From the NCBI GenBank assembly GCA_051362555.1, contig CM120648.1, forward strand, positions 14,628,587 to 14,692,586: 64,000 nucleotides of DNA, in the 5' to 3' direction. The position numbers and the translations under genes are program-made. Below the pieces are notes generated by a model, which saw only the letters and a program-made list of their open reading frames with translations, made no database searches and was not told where the DNA came from. This DNA is from Lingula anatina (taxonomy: Eukaryota > Animalia > Brachiopoda). Positions 33,635 through 47,031 of the stretch are shown here, one piece after another; the first letter of the stretch is position 1, and each line of letters begins with the position of its first letter.

Positions 33635-35810
33635 TGTAGAGCCGCATTTTGCAACCGATCGCATTTTGCAACTGCAACGCATTTTGCAACCAAAGAAAAT
33701 CGTGAAAACGCATTTTGCAACTGCAACGCATTTTGCAACCAGGATTTTTTTAAAGTCCCTGAAACAGCTTGAAGTACGAGACAGGTAGAATTGGAGTGGG
33801 GACGGGTTTGCTACGACTATGTATGCTGAAACTGGCCAGGCTGCCCCTGGGGTGGACGAAAATATAAAACTTATTGCACATTGTAATTTCCTAAACCATT
33901 AGAGTTAGGAACTTTACACGTTAATAAACATTTTGTTAGGCATGTGCATGGGATTTCGGATTTTTTGTTTTTGTTTTTGTTTTTAATTGGGGGTGTGGCC
34001 GTCCCTAGGGGTGGTTGATTGTACTTTTTACTTCGTATTTTTCTCCTATCTACCCTTATATCTTCAGAATTAGGAAATAAAACGTTGGGGATTAATACAC
34101 TATCGTAAGAAATGTGCATGGGCACTTTGGAAATTTATTGTGACATGGGTGTGGTTGTCCCTGGGGGTGGTTGATTCTAATTTTACAACGTATTTTCTGC
34201 TATCTGCCCATTGTATCGGCCATTTGAGTTAAAGCATGAAACGTAGCTACAGTATAATTTGGGATGTTGAATGGCATTTAATTTTTTTGACTTAGGGTGT
34301 GGTCCTGGGGGTGGTTGAATATAATTAGACGTTGTAATTTCTGCTATCAATCTAGACCATATAAGTTAGGAACGGAAGGCTATGGGAATTGAATACATGT
34401 CTTTAGGGATATGGATCCTTCTGGGGTATTGATGGGTGTGGCCGTCCCTGGGGGTGGTTGATTCCATTTTTTGCACCGTTACTTCTACTATCTACCCTTA
34501 GAGTTAGGAACATGAAATGTTGGGGATTGATAATGAATGTACATGGGTCTTGGAGGAATGTAGAGAACAGCAGCGGCGCACAATAGCACTAAACGGACTT
34601 ACAGTCGTAGGCATGAAGATAGGTCAAGGAATCCAGTTAAAGCTGTCCTTTTGACCCATGCCAACCATAAGGCCCTACACACTCAGGAATCCTGGCGTTC
34701 AACTAGCCGTTGTGTCTTAATACAAAACAAATATGTTAATTAATCATAAATAGTAATTAGCATGTGTGTTGCTCTACAGAGACTATGCCTGAAAGTATGG
34801 GGTCTTGCATGGGTTATTAATTAACTTGACCTATATTCAAGCATACCGCTGAAGGTCTGTTATTAAGTGCCGTCTGCTGCGTTCTTTGCATTCCCCTTCC
34901 TTCTTAACTCGAAGACAGCTTTCAGATTCACACAACCTACTAGCTGGGTCGGTCCAACTCTGCAGGGGATCTCACTTAAGTGCAATCAGTGGAATCAGCT
35001 TAATTGTCTGACATACCACCAATCACCCCATCCCCTGAGGGACAGTCACACCCAAAGTCACACTAAACTTCCCCTGTACCCATGCACCAAAGACTCGTGC
35101 TCCTAACTCGAATGGTCGAGAAGGAGATGAAAGAAATTACGGTGAAAATATTACAGTCAAGTTACTATCCCCAGGAAGGGCCACTCCCCAAGTGACCAAA
35201 AATTCCTATGTGCCCAAGCACATCTCTAACGTTCTCAACCACCCCCAGGGACAACTACACCCCAAGTCACAAAAATCTGGAGTGCCTACGCACATTTCTT
35301 ACGATGGTATTAATCCGCTTTTATTTCCTAATTCTAAAGATATAAGGGTAGATAACAGAAAATACAATGTAAAATTACAATCAACCAACCCTAGGGACGG
35401 CCACACCCCTATGTGCATGCCTAACAATATCTTTTTTACTCCCTGACGTTTCAACCTCCTAACTCTAATGGTTTAGGAAATTACAATGTGAAATATGTTT
35501 TATATTATCGTCCACCCCAGGGGCAGCCTGGCCAGTTTCAGCATACATAGTCGAAGCAAACCCGTCCACTCCAATTCTACCTGTCTCGTACTTCAAGCTG
35601 TTTCAGGGACTTACAAAAAAATCCTGGTTGCAAAATGCGTTGCGGTTGCAAAATGTGTTTTCACGATTTTCTTTGGTTGCAAAATGCGTTGCAGTTGCAA
35701 AATGCGTTCAGTTGCAAAATGCGGCTCTACTTAGTAGGACCGCATTTTGCAACTGAACGCATTTTGCAACCGGTTGCAAAATGCGGTCGGTTGCAAAATG
35801 CGGCTCTACA
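33635..35810. mobile_element. Non-autonomous Ginger-like DNA transposon (2.18 kb)
   Basis: GAGT|TGTAGAGCCGCATTTTGCAAC...GTTGCAAAATGCGGCTCTACA|GAGT: TGT/ACA ends, 4-bp TSD, long TIRs built from GCATTTTGCAAC repeats; no transposase ORF. Confidence 0.8.
34552..34896. mobile_element. Degenerate MITE nested in the Ginger-like element
   Basis: Imperfect IR GGAATGTAGAGAACAGCAGCGGCGCAC / GTGCCGTCTGCTGCGTTCTTTGCATTCC plus ATAGGTCAAG / CTTGACCTAT. Confidence 0.55.
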
Positions 35811-36670
35811 GAGTGCTTTACGTTTTACTGAGAGAGCTGGAGCCGGGAAAGAATCCCGGAACAATTTGCCATCATTTGGCAGAACATCTGTAAAACAAAT
35901 TTCTTGGTAACTCTCTCGATACCCAGCTCACACGGGGAGATCAGGCAGCAAACACAGAGTGCAGTTTATCCATGGCTTACTGGGAAATGGTCTGAACGTA
36001 CACTTAAATCAAACGTAAGAGATCGTTCATTAGCCCATTCATGCCTCAAGTTTTCAGTATCTGACACATCTTGTCAAACATCCTTTTTTGATGCATTTTT
36101 ATAATCCAACTGACCAAAGTCTAAGAAACCTGGGCAAGTACATTTAAATGCAGTATTTGCAAGACAAATGAAATGAAACATAGGTCATTAAATCAGCAGG
36201 TGTGGAGGCTAAGTTGCCCTGTGTCCTGTAATACCGTATTGCATTCCCAGATCTACTCTTTATCCAGGAACATACATTTTTTAGCAGCCTGAAAGTAAGC
36301 ATTGCCTTAATATTTTCACAGGGGAAATTTGAATGGATATTTTTCGGTGGTTACAGGAAGCACACCAGGGTATTAATAAATCCTAATATCATTAAGTGCT
36401 GAAAAATCAATTAAAGTCCAGACATCATTTGAGTTCCAAAGCAATCATCCCTAACACGTGACTTGTTACTTTTGAAAAAGGCTAAAGACCAAACTGTGGT
36501 GCTCACATTAGATGAACGTTTAAGTGAAAATCTATAATCAGTCTGGAGTGTTCTTAATTACTCTCCTTTCTGTTATGTTTGGATTCAGGATAACTGAAAT
36601 TCTATTTCCAAAAGTATCTCTGTTCACATAAGTGCCACGTCGCTGCCAATGCTCCATAAAGAATCCTACA

Positions 36671-37165
36671 GGTTCTGCCACACCTGTCATTAAGAGGTAC
36701 GTATGAAGAGCGTATGTGAAATCGATGATACGCACAACAGTGAGCGTATGACATCACTCTTTTTCCAGCGTGTCAGAACGAACCCCGTATAAATAGCGTA
36801 TTCGTGGCGTATTTATAGTACAAGCGTATACAAGCGTTTGTATGTCATCATACACATGTAGCGAATATCAACGTATGGATAGCTCATGTGTACCGTATGT
36901 GTGTGTATGAGTTACATACAGTGTATGTGTAGCTTACTTCTGTTTTGTTGATCATTTTGAACTGCAAACTGGATCAGATCCAACTGGCGTTTGGAAATAA
37001 CTACTTCCATTTCCATTCTCTATCACATTATCTGGAACAGCTGTGATGAAGTGGAGATGGAGCTTTGTGTATACCACAGGTAATAAAAAGCAGGAGATAC
37101 GGTTTCCATACGCTAATTATGTGTTAGATATACGTTAAATAGGTTCGGTTTACGCATACGTACAC
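36671..37165. repeat. Dispersed CGTA/TACG-rich repeat, copy 1 (Harbinger-like non-autonomous family)
   Basis: Core AACTGGATCAGATCCAAC...TACTTCCAT...TATCTGGA.CAGCTGTG...TATACCACAG shared with 61.8 kb; left end GGTTCTGCCACAC. Confidence 0.65.
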
Positions 37166-38819
37166 CACTGAATTTTTCAGTGATGATTGATAAAGTTCCG
37201 GTGCCTCTGGGTTCAATGACCTCGACACTGTCAACAGATATTTCTCTCCATTTGCAAGAGGTAGCTTCAGGGATACAACAGGCTTCATCGTGACAATGCA
37301 CTTGCTCACAGTTCTCAACCCCCCCCCCCAACATACATTTTCTTATCCTGAAAAGCTTCTCATATTTCCTCTGAAATACCTTAAAGATGATAAAATCATT
37401 TAAATGAGTCATCTAAGTTATTTATAGGTAAATCATTAAATTAAAAATAGATTAAAACATCGAGTACAAGTGCAGGGACGGGTCGAGCAACGTTTCGTGA
37501 GCAGGAAACCAACTGCTTTCTTATTTTGGCGGATGATCCCCTGAAGAGTGGCATTAATATGTTCGGCAGTTGCCGTGAAGTGTCCATACTCGAGATGATA
37601 AGCTCGGGTACTTAGCAGTAACACTTGAAGCATTTAATACTTGAAGTGCTTCTTTGAAGAATCCCTAGAGAGATTAACTCGCCAAGGTTAAGCTTGAAAG
37701 CAAAATTAAGGGGATGCATACCTGAAGAGCGAATATGGCGCAAGTACTAGAAGAAAACAAAGTATGGCAGATTATTTTTCAAAACGCGGGTTGTTTCAAT
37801 TTTTTCTGTATGTATAACCAGAGTCAAGAGCCCAAGGGACTAATAATAACAGAGAGCCCGCAAAATGCCTTTGAACGAAATATTCAAATGAAGTGGACGT
37901 ACTGAAGCCTAGTTAACAGAGAGCTTGCTTTGACATTTTATGTGCACGCTTGGCAGATAATACGCAACACAGCTGTTTACTAATATGAAAGTGTTAATCC
38001 TTAAATGCGAAAGTATTGACTTCATTGGAACAACGTACTTTTGGCGGCAACGTAATTTTGTAGTGAGCATCTTGCGTCACTTTGACTTAAGACGGCACGC
38101 AGTCCAGACGGTAATTTTATAGCTATAAAACAGAAGAGTGGAAGCGCAGTGCTGTAACTGTAAATATTAATTTTAAATGAGCTGTAAAAAAAGAAAGGTT
38201 TCTGATAGTCTGTCATGTGTGGCACGTAAAGTGACAGAGTCAATACACTGTTTAAAATTTGTGAAATAATTTCTACACATTAGAATATATATCCTAAAAC
38301 CTGAACTGATTTCCAGAAAACAACTGAATGCTTTTAGGGGGAACATCGATGTTCATTTTGCATTAATGGAATCGGAAACTCCTGGGAATACGACCCCTAT
38401 GGTGGATAATTTGCTTGAAATCCCTTTTGTACCTGCTATATTAAAATGCAGACTTGAACGTTAAAAATGAAAGCACAAGCTGCCGTTACTTCCTCATTTA
38501 GTGTGGTTTGGGACATGTTCATTGGTGTAATGCAATTTTACTAATGCAAACGGTGTATGGGACTCGTTGTTGGCGTTTTGTATTGCTTCATGTATAAGAT
38601 ATATCTATTGGTTTTCCTTTTATCAATTCAGAGTGACTTTTGGAAAATAGTATTTTTTGTCTACAAACAATTTTTACATATGCCGCTTTTTCCAGAAGAC
38701 AACAGGTGGAAAGGACGGCTACATGGATGACAAAGGCATAACATCATGTATGAATTTTTCACTTTGAATGATTCAGATCTAATTAAGGGAATTACAAATA
38801 ATTTGTCTAATACCAAACA

Positions 38820-39507
38820 TTGCATTAACGAAAATGTATAGCGTATGAGAACGAATGCATAAGCAGCGTAGCAATAGCGTGTTGATAGTGAATTTTTTGT
38901 AGTCGGTTTAGGTTATGACATTGACTTTATGTGTTCAGTGTGAGCAACACTTTAATATACTTCATTTTGTTGTTAGATCATACCGTCTTGTTATGGAATT
39001 GAATGAAGCAACTTCAGATTTGACCCGGAGCTTTAATAAGTCCCTCACCTTGTTGCCCCTTTGGTGAAAGTGTTTTGATGATGATAATGTGAAAATGGTA
39101 GTATATTTATACCGCAGATCACATAACATTGGGATGTTTTCAATCTCTAATCAAGCGTTAGGCACACGTTAACGCGCTACTATAACGTTACAGATACGTT
39201 CAATAAGTAACTCGTTCGTGACCACTTAGTTACTTATTCGTTACGCAAAGCCAAGCTACACCAGACACCATAAAGGAAACGTACTTTATGGTAGTTTTGA
39301 TGCCATTCTACCGTATGCCTAACGTATCCCAAACGTATGGATAACGTACGCCTCTAACGCTCGTATAAACTAAAAATCTTCCTCTACGTATGCGAACGTA
39401 CACCAGCGTTTACCTGCATACGCGTATACGAACAAAGCCCTTGCGTTTGTCTGCGTATGTGTAAATTTCCTCATACGTTGAAAAAATACGCCAAAGTATG
39501 ACAAGGC
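38820..39507. repeat. Dispersed CGTA/TACG-rich repeat, copy 2 (more diverged)
   Basis: Partial core GTGAAAATGG...TATACCGCAGAT; right end GTATGACAAGGC resembles a Harbinger-type TIR. Confidence 0.5.
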
Positions 39508-41576
39508 TTTTATTACCGAAATTCGGCAGCTCGCCACTTAGTACAACAACAAGTTTTCATGGAGCAGTTCAACAACATGACTCACTTCATCATTTGCTTC
39601 TCCAATTAATACGTGTTCGTGCCTGAAGGTTTTAGGGCTAGGATGCGTCTAGATAGATTATGATCATTTAATTATAACCCATTAATCTGCGTTCTTGGCA
39701 GCTGTACACATGTCACTGGTCTAGTTGGAAAGCCGCAACTGCACACTTTTAAGTAGAAGCGATACATGTTCTTTGTAACGTCCAGCTCCATAAGTCGCAA
39801 TTTTGTTGTATTTACTGTACTCTAGTCTACTTGGCAGAAGAGATGGCGAGCATATAAACTACAGGCTAAACTACTCATACTGTATGTACATTGGGTTTTA
39901 ATGATATATACATATGTATAATTCACTTATCTGTAACTCAGCCATTCATTTATTGATGATTGCAGGTATAATTTCATTTTTCTTTCATTTTCTTTTTTTT
40001 TCATTCATTGATTTATTTATTGTCTAAACAGTGACAAGAGTCTATCTTGTTTCTTACAGCAAATGTTCTGGTTGATGACCTGATTCATGGTGGCACATTG
40101 ACATCAATAAGAACATTCTACGAGGAAATCATTCCTTTCTTTCAGAAGATAGTGTTCAACTACAGATAAAAGGCTGATTTTAACACGAACAATATGCATC
40201 TAACGAAAAGCGAAATCAATGGTACGTATCATCTGGATATGCTGCAAGTAATTGAAAGTCACTGCAAGTCAGGATTTCCGGTAAAACTTGTACAAACAAT
40301 GCCACTTTGAGGCAAAAAGTACCTAATGGAACATGTGAATATGGAAAAGTAATCTGTTAAGGTCGTTGCGGGTTTTTTTTTTACAGCGAACAAATAATTG
40401 ACCTAATCATATGTGGACCGGGTATGAGGATAGTTGTAGGCAAGTGCCAGTTTTGCACATGCGCACATGTGGTTTTCAGGCTGAAACGATTTCAAGGAGT
40501 TGCAGTAATTCTGTTCATGAGTGAGTGAGTGAGTTATTACATCCAAATGCTCGTGAGTACAGAAACACGGCATACATACACACTGTAGCGTGTGCGTTAA
40601 CCCAAAGCGGGGATGCTTATAAAATCCTCGGCTTTTGATGTTTGGATGCAAAAAACCACTTCAGCGAGATTAAACCCGGACCAGATCGATTAAGAGCTGT
40701 CATCGCTGGCTTCTAAAGTTGATGTAAAGGCCGGTTAGGAAAGAGAACAAGCGAATCATGTACATCAAGGAACGGAAAGTGGCTGAGGGGGATTCTAGAG
40801 ACCTTGGACGGCGTATTTATTTATTTTCCGCTGCTGTAAAAATGTGCTTGGCTAAAGACAATAGCAAAGAATAGCAGAGAACTCACAGAGGACGTGGTAT
40901 GTGTTAAGGCATAACTTACAACTTTCGAGGGAAGCAAATATGTTGATGTTGAACATCTTAGAAAGCCTGCAGCTAAGTAAGATTTCAAAAGATATGGACT
41001 TCTTTCTTAATTCTTCTTGTTTTAGCATATCAGTCGGAGAGTACAGATAACGCCACATCACATCACTGAGATTATGGTCTGTGATAGAAGCTTAGAAGTC
41101 ACTCAGACACTTGATTAGATGCAATGTGAAGTAGGCCTATTTTAAAGATTGACCAATAGAGGAAGATATGTTTAGATTTAATTAAGAAGCTTTTGAAAAC
41201 TTATCAATACACTACGTTAGACATAGGAGCGCAAGCAACCAGGGACACCAAACCAATGGTGCAGTTCCAAGTTTACTGACGGCGGGAGAAAGGTTCCACG
41301 AGTCGTGAAAGACAGGGTTTTCATGAAGGACATTCTAACTTCTCCCATTTTGCCCGACCGATACGACAATGTTTTAAACAGGCGAAAATTTACGACATAA
41401 TACATATTGGTTTTACAGGAAAGATCCATCTGTTGAAGGTAAAATCATTAGCAAATTTCCATCTGTTATTAAACTGCTTTGATGCGACACCATTGCACAT
41501 TAGATGAAAGTAGGCACACGTCTTTCTAAGTGTGGAGAGGCGTGCGGTAGCCAGCAAGGTGAGCAAGCAGTTTAGA

Positions 41577-41582
41577 TCAGTT
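41577..41582 (+). promoter_or_regulatory. Possible initiator (TCAGTT) at the start of a CpG-rich leader upstream of the GPCR ATG
   Basis: Matches the invertebrate Inr TCAKTY about 500 bp upstream of ATG 42085; a short motif, so weak. Confidence 0.25.
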
Positions 41583-42084
41583 TACTGTCGTGGGAACAAT
41601 ATCTGTAAACTGTAGATGGTAAATCGGTAATTCTGGTTGCTGCGCAGCGTTTTTACCCAGTCCGAATTTCCAAGCAGTCCCCGAGCAGCATTTCCGTGCC
41701 TCGTAAAGGTCGTCTCGCCATGCAGGGGATAATGAAGTGCGCGTAGCCGGGTGAACGCGAAGCGCGTAGCTAACCAACCATAGTTAAACACCAACGATCC
41801 AATTTAGCTGGAAAAGTCGAAAAAAAAAAGTAGGAAAAAGAGAGCAACTATCGATAGGCACGTGCAATCAGAATTGCTTTATTGTGCGTCTCTCTGAAGT
41901 TTGGTTTCTTTTACGGAGATATAACTGTGCTTCATAAAAGACCAAAGGCTTAACTGTCTTATTAATAAATCATGGTTAAGATCGTTGCATGGTGAATACG
42001 TTGGATGAATTAAAGCAATTGGAACCTTCAAAGGATTACACGGCTTGAGAAAAAAATCCAGATAAACAAATAAAGAAAAGCTGG

Positions 42085-42553
42085 ATGTATGCTGAAATGA
42101 AAATGAAATTTTCAGGGATAACAAACATGGTTTTGTTCTGGCTATGTTGCTTATGGATTTCGTTAAATTCCCGATATAACGCAAACACTGAAGCGGCCAC
42201 TGCAACGGCGGAAACGCCGTACGTCATCCAAGAAGAACACGCACGGGCTCGTTCCATCAACTCGTGCACGGCGACTAAGAATTGGACATGGTTCGACAAA
42301 GATTTGGCTGTCAGTATTGACGGCGAGATCACCCTGGGAGGACTGTTCACGGTACACGAGCGGAGTGAGGAGTGTATCTGTGGACGCGTCCTCCCTGATG
42401 GCGGCGTGCAAGCCTTGGAGATGATGTTGTATACTTTGAAGATGATTAACATGGACAAAAACTTCATGCCTGGGTTTACAATCGGGGCTCTGATACGTGA
42501 CGATTGTGGAAATGACACGTTGGGGTTGGAGCAGTCCGTAGAATTCATTAAAG
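42085..42553 (+). CDS. First coding exon of a class C GPCR (metabotropic glutamate receptor family, mXR/mangetout-like): signal peptide plus start of the Venus flytrap domain
   Basis: Hydrophobic leader MVLFWLCCLWISL; IDGEITLGGLFTVHE...CG...GGVQALEMMLYTL..IN...MPGFTIGALIRDDC..DTLGLEQSVEFIKG; donor AAAG|gtaagt; the true start Met is uncertain. Confidence 0.92.
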
Positions 42554-44103
42554 GTAAGTGAAAACAGCCAAGTCCACGTCTTTTCTTGGTAAAGTTTTCT
42601 GCAAGGCCAGATATTTTGAACCCCCGTTTTTTACAACATTTTAAATTATCCAAAAGATGCAGATTAGCTTATTAAAGTTGTCTTAGCTAGCAAAGAAAGA
42701 CATATATTTGTGCAAGGAATTGCTATATGGAGTTACTGGACTGTCACATTTGTCTCGTTCAAACCAGTTCTCCTGTGGAATGAATTGCTTGAAACATAAA
42801 ACATTACTGCAGTGGAATTAAATAAGAAGTTTCTCGGTGGATCTCACAAACGAAGTCAATTATCTGAGTGAAAAAGGGAGTAGATGAAAAATAGACGAAA
42901 AAATGATTTAAGATGATTAATAGGTCATTCATTTATGAATAAACAAAAAGGGTAAATACACGAATAAATAAATAAATAAAGTAATAAATAAATCAGAGTG
43001 AAGGGAAGGACAGACGAAACTTCCAACGCTCATCCTTTACTTATTGAAAATATGCGTTCTGGTGAACTTGGTATAAAGTAATTGTATCAGTTAGGGTTGT
43101 TTCAGCGTGCTGTGGTGTCAGGACGGTTCTTCACCAAGATTCTCTTCACATCCATGTAGAAGGCCTGGGATAAGACTGCAATACTGTGCTCCACATGTTA
43201 TCCTGTGTGGCTACACATGTGCAGATATAGCTTATTAAAATGCTCGAGACAGATTTTATCGATATTTTCATCTCCAGTGGAAAAAACTATTAATAAAGGA
43301 CTTGAATGCGCATAAATATTTGATTAACATAAACAGTGTGTAGGCTGATTAGTGTACAAAGTGGCCGCGTTAATCAGTTTAAGGACCCTCACTTGCTGAT
43401 TTGCATAAAGAGGAAATCACTTTTAACCAAACAGATATTCGATACATTTATCATTGTGTTCAAAGCCGATAAAACAACGCAAAGCGTTCTTACTGAATGC
43501 ATGGGTTGTGTCCTTGCACGTATTTTCCTCTGGTTAAGACTCTGTTAATATTTTAATATTAAGAGGGTCGTTTTTTTAATATTGTAGGTGTCAATCTTGT
43601 AAGTGTTTAGCTTTATTGGGAAAATTAAGTTAAATGGACATAACTGCCTAAACAAATCCAATTGTAGTATGTTTCGCGGTTTCTCTAACGCTGCAGCAGT
43701 TATCGTTGATGACTTCTATCGTGCAAACTACCTCTTTCTCTCAATTCACCTGTACGCCTCACTAAACGCGTAAAGAGAAGAGAGACGACGCAGTCTCGGC
43801 AATCTATTATCTCGACCCCCGTTAACCGTGCTGAACTTGCCGTGTCTCGACGCGTGACGATGGTTGTAGGGGAAACTATTCAAGCTTTAATTCTACGTGT
43901 TTGAAAATTTTTATATTCTATATGTCTAATTATCTCTGTTGGACAACCAGTGTAGATTTTGATTCGGTCGAAGTGATAGCGAAGAGGAGGGGTGCATGGG
44001 TTTTATACAGAAGTTTATCCTAATGGACGGAGGAGGGATAGTGTCTTTCTATTGATGAGTCTTCCACGGAGTAGAAGATACATTACTCCGAATAGTAGCC
44101 GAA

Positions 44104-44105
<2 letters not shown>

Positions 44106-44140
<35 letters not shown>
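44106..44140. repeat. (GT)n microsatellite
   Basis: Direct. Confidence 0.95.
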
Positions 44141-44141
<1 letters not shown>

Positions 44142-45107
44142 TAGAAAAGATGTTTTGGGTGTTCCCTCTTTCTTTCCCCTTCTCCCTAACTTTGTTCCTA
44201 GAAAGGCGGGGTCTATCTTTACGACTGTGCATGCAGAGAGGGATCTGCCTGTATACGACTGCCCCGTCCTGCAGCCTTGTTCTGCTTATCGTTGAAGATA
44301 GTTAGACTACTTACAGTGTATTTCATGTATTTGTTTGGACAAGAAGAGGCCGGGTCCTGCCTATGATGCTGCCTGCTGCAGCATTGGTACTTAATAACAC
44401 AGCACTTAATAATGAACCAGCAGCCTGTATGTCTAACCCCAGGGATCGACAAATTATTTTAGTTTATGAAATTTGCTCATAAATCAAACTGGCGCAGGAC
44501 AGATACATACACTGGCTGCAGTTCACTTAAGGGACCGCCGTGTAGCAACTAAATACTTCCCCTTCCTGCTGTTTATTAAAGAAACGGTGCAATTTGTAAC
44601 ATTGGGACATATTCCCTCTGCAAACCCTCAGTATGCATTTGCCAGATTATCTCATTACTCACCAAACCACACGTTTAGATCTAAGGACCAGTAGTTATTA
44701 AAATCTTAATGTGCAAGGCTTAAAACACATTACTTTGTACAGGTGAGCCTCGACTTAGATTTTGACCCACTTAGGTCAAACTGTACCCTATTACTATATG
44801 GAGGGCGGACTTTCTGTCACACGGACCCTCAGTTTCGTGACACCGGGAGCTATGTCCCCAAATCGGGAGACTCCAGACGAGATCGGGTGACCAAGTGTGG
44901 ACTGGTCTGGCCGGGTATCATACATGCTCCCATAATGCCACGTAATAACAGCTTCCATAAATCAAGACATACTTCCCGCTCACGCTTCTCATCCTCCAGA
45001 ACACTTTAATTTAGTTGGTGAAATCTAATCATAAATCAAACTGGCTCACGACAGACATTAACTGATGAGGCTGACATGCTGTAACCTAAGCACACCCAGG
45101 GCACCAC

Positions 45108-45344
45108 CAGGGGCGGAGCCAGGATTATTTGAAGGGGGGGGGGGGGGGTCCGTGGATGTCCCCCTTGGCGTGGGGTTCAGCGGGCCCAATTTTTTTGATA
45201 TTTTAGAGGGCGAACGGTGCAATTTGGTACGGTTTAGAACATGATTCAGCTAGTCAAAATTCTTATTTCAAGAGGGGACCATTGGTGTGATTTTTTTTAG
45301 AAATCGAAGGGGGGTCAATACCCCCCCCCCTAAATCCGCAACTG
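45108..45344. mobile_element. hAT-type MITE (CAGGGGCGGA...TCCGCAACTG)
   Basis: Short TIRs, poly-G/poly-C subtermini, degenerate 8-bp TSD GGCACCAC/ACCACCAC. Confidence 0.7.
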
Positions 45345-47031
45345 ACCACCACAAATATCGATCAGGACGGCCGTCCATGGAAGAAATTATTTTTTATTTA
45401 CTTATTTTTTTTAATTGAGCAATTTGCGCCTTCTTACGCAAACCTCGGCACTTCCATTTCGCCTGGTGTGGCGAGTTCTTGCTAGAATTCAGTGAAAATG
45501 TGTTCGTGTGTGCGAAATAGAGTATATATACATGTATAATAGTAACAGCACAATAAAATGATGGTTATGTTGTAGTGTTTTCACATTAAAAAGCGGCGAT
45601 GAGTAGAAAAAGAATGGTTTTGTTGTTACGTTTTTACAGAAGATCTGCTTCCCTGTGCAGTGAAATGTTTTTATCCAGAAGGGAGGAGGCAAGACAGTAA
45701 TTAGTATGCTAGCAACGTACATTGTACCAGGCACCGTTTTGCTGATGTGATTAGTCTCTTGATTCTTGTAAATAAGAACAATAAGAGAAGAAGTATAAAT
45801 CTACCACTTAGACATAGTTTGCCGCGCCTCAGGTAAAAAGACTTTCCTGGGGTATCATGGTTTTCTAAAAGTGTTATAGTAATAGAATACACATATTCGA
45901 GTGATGTACTTGAATGAAAAATATTTTGTTTTAATTTGCACATCCATAGGTAAAAAATATTACATTAATGAAATATCATGTCTATAGTTCAGTGGCTGAA
46001 GAGCTTGCATATATAACAGTATTTCAACTCTCATAAATCCTTATTTCTCCTCACTTCCAAATTATCCGATATTTATGTTGTTTGCCAAAAGGTTAATGAG
46101 CAACCACCTGGTCGACAGTATTGGAGATTTAGCGTACTGCACATAATTTGTGAGAGTTCATCTCGAAAACGGTTTTCTCGCTAGTCGAAAATTTCATAGT
46201 GTGGGCATGAAAAAAAATACATATTTAATATCCGCCAACACACAAGAACAATAGACCTGCGTTTGATGGTTTTGTTTGTATATTGTAATTTACTACATCA
46301 GAAACTTACTTGATAACTGACTGTGCCATGGCTTGCGTTCAATACCAGGTACACCTGGGTCACGTGATTAGAAAACAGGCCTACATGCACATGTTTATAA
46401 TTTTCAATAGGTATTAAAAATTATCATTCCAAAATGAAATGGAATAATCTTTTTGCTATTTATCTGAATGGTTTACCCCGTTTCCTACATACCTGCAACG
46501 CATTCTTTCCACTCCGAGCATTTTTTTTTTTGGACAAGCGAAGTTGAAAATCAGCTTAGATTTGAAGTCTGTGAAAGCATTTCTTCGTATCTTCGTAAGT
46601 GGACTGTTACTGTCTCCATTGCTCCAGGAATACTAACATCATATGCTAGTCAAAGGCGTTTTGTACATGTTTAATTACTAATTTTAACAATCACAATTGG
46701 GAAATAAGAATAAAATTGGATATCAAAAGCTTACTATTATCCAGGTACCATGAACTTCATGGGATCTACATGTAGCCCCTAAATATTTATTTATTGAAGT
46801 GTAGCCAATCTCACACACTTAAAGAGAAAGAATGCACAGGCACGATAACTGAACCCTTGCAGGAATTTGATCAATAGGACTTAGTTTAGAGTGTCAATCA
46901 AGATTTTTTCTGAAGATGAAATCAATTTTATCTTGATAATTTCATGTCGGCTGGAATCCATTGTCCATTGGAGCTGAGTTGAAAAACGAGAAAAGAGAAA
47001 GGGGAAAAGGGAAAAGCAGTCTGTGTGTTAA

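Noticed and set aside
33496-35910. ORFs with LQNA / VAKC repeats
   Set aside because: Translations of the Ginger-like subterminal repeats
37170-37720. Possible Harbinger transposase or Penelope/hammerhead remnants on the minus strand (CGAAACGTTG near 37490; similar motif near 28485)
   Set aside because: Similarity needs several frameshifts and lacks the CTGANGA core; not supportable without BLASTX
42036-42653. 205-aa antisense ORF over the GPCR exon
   Set aside because: Shadow frame with a non-ATG start and no recognisable motif
45062-45090. Hammerhead-like CTGATGAGGC...GCTGTAAC
   Set aside because: The GAAA core is mutated to GTAA and I could not build stems I and III
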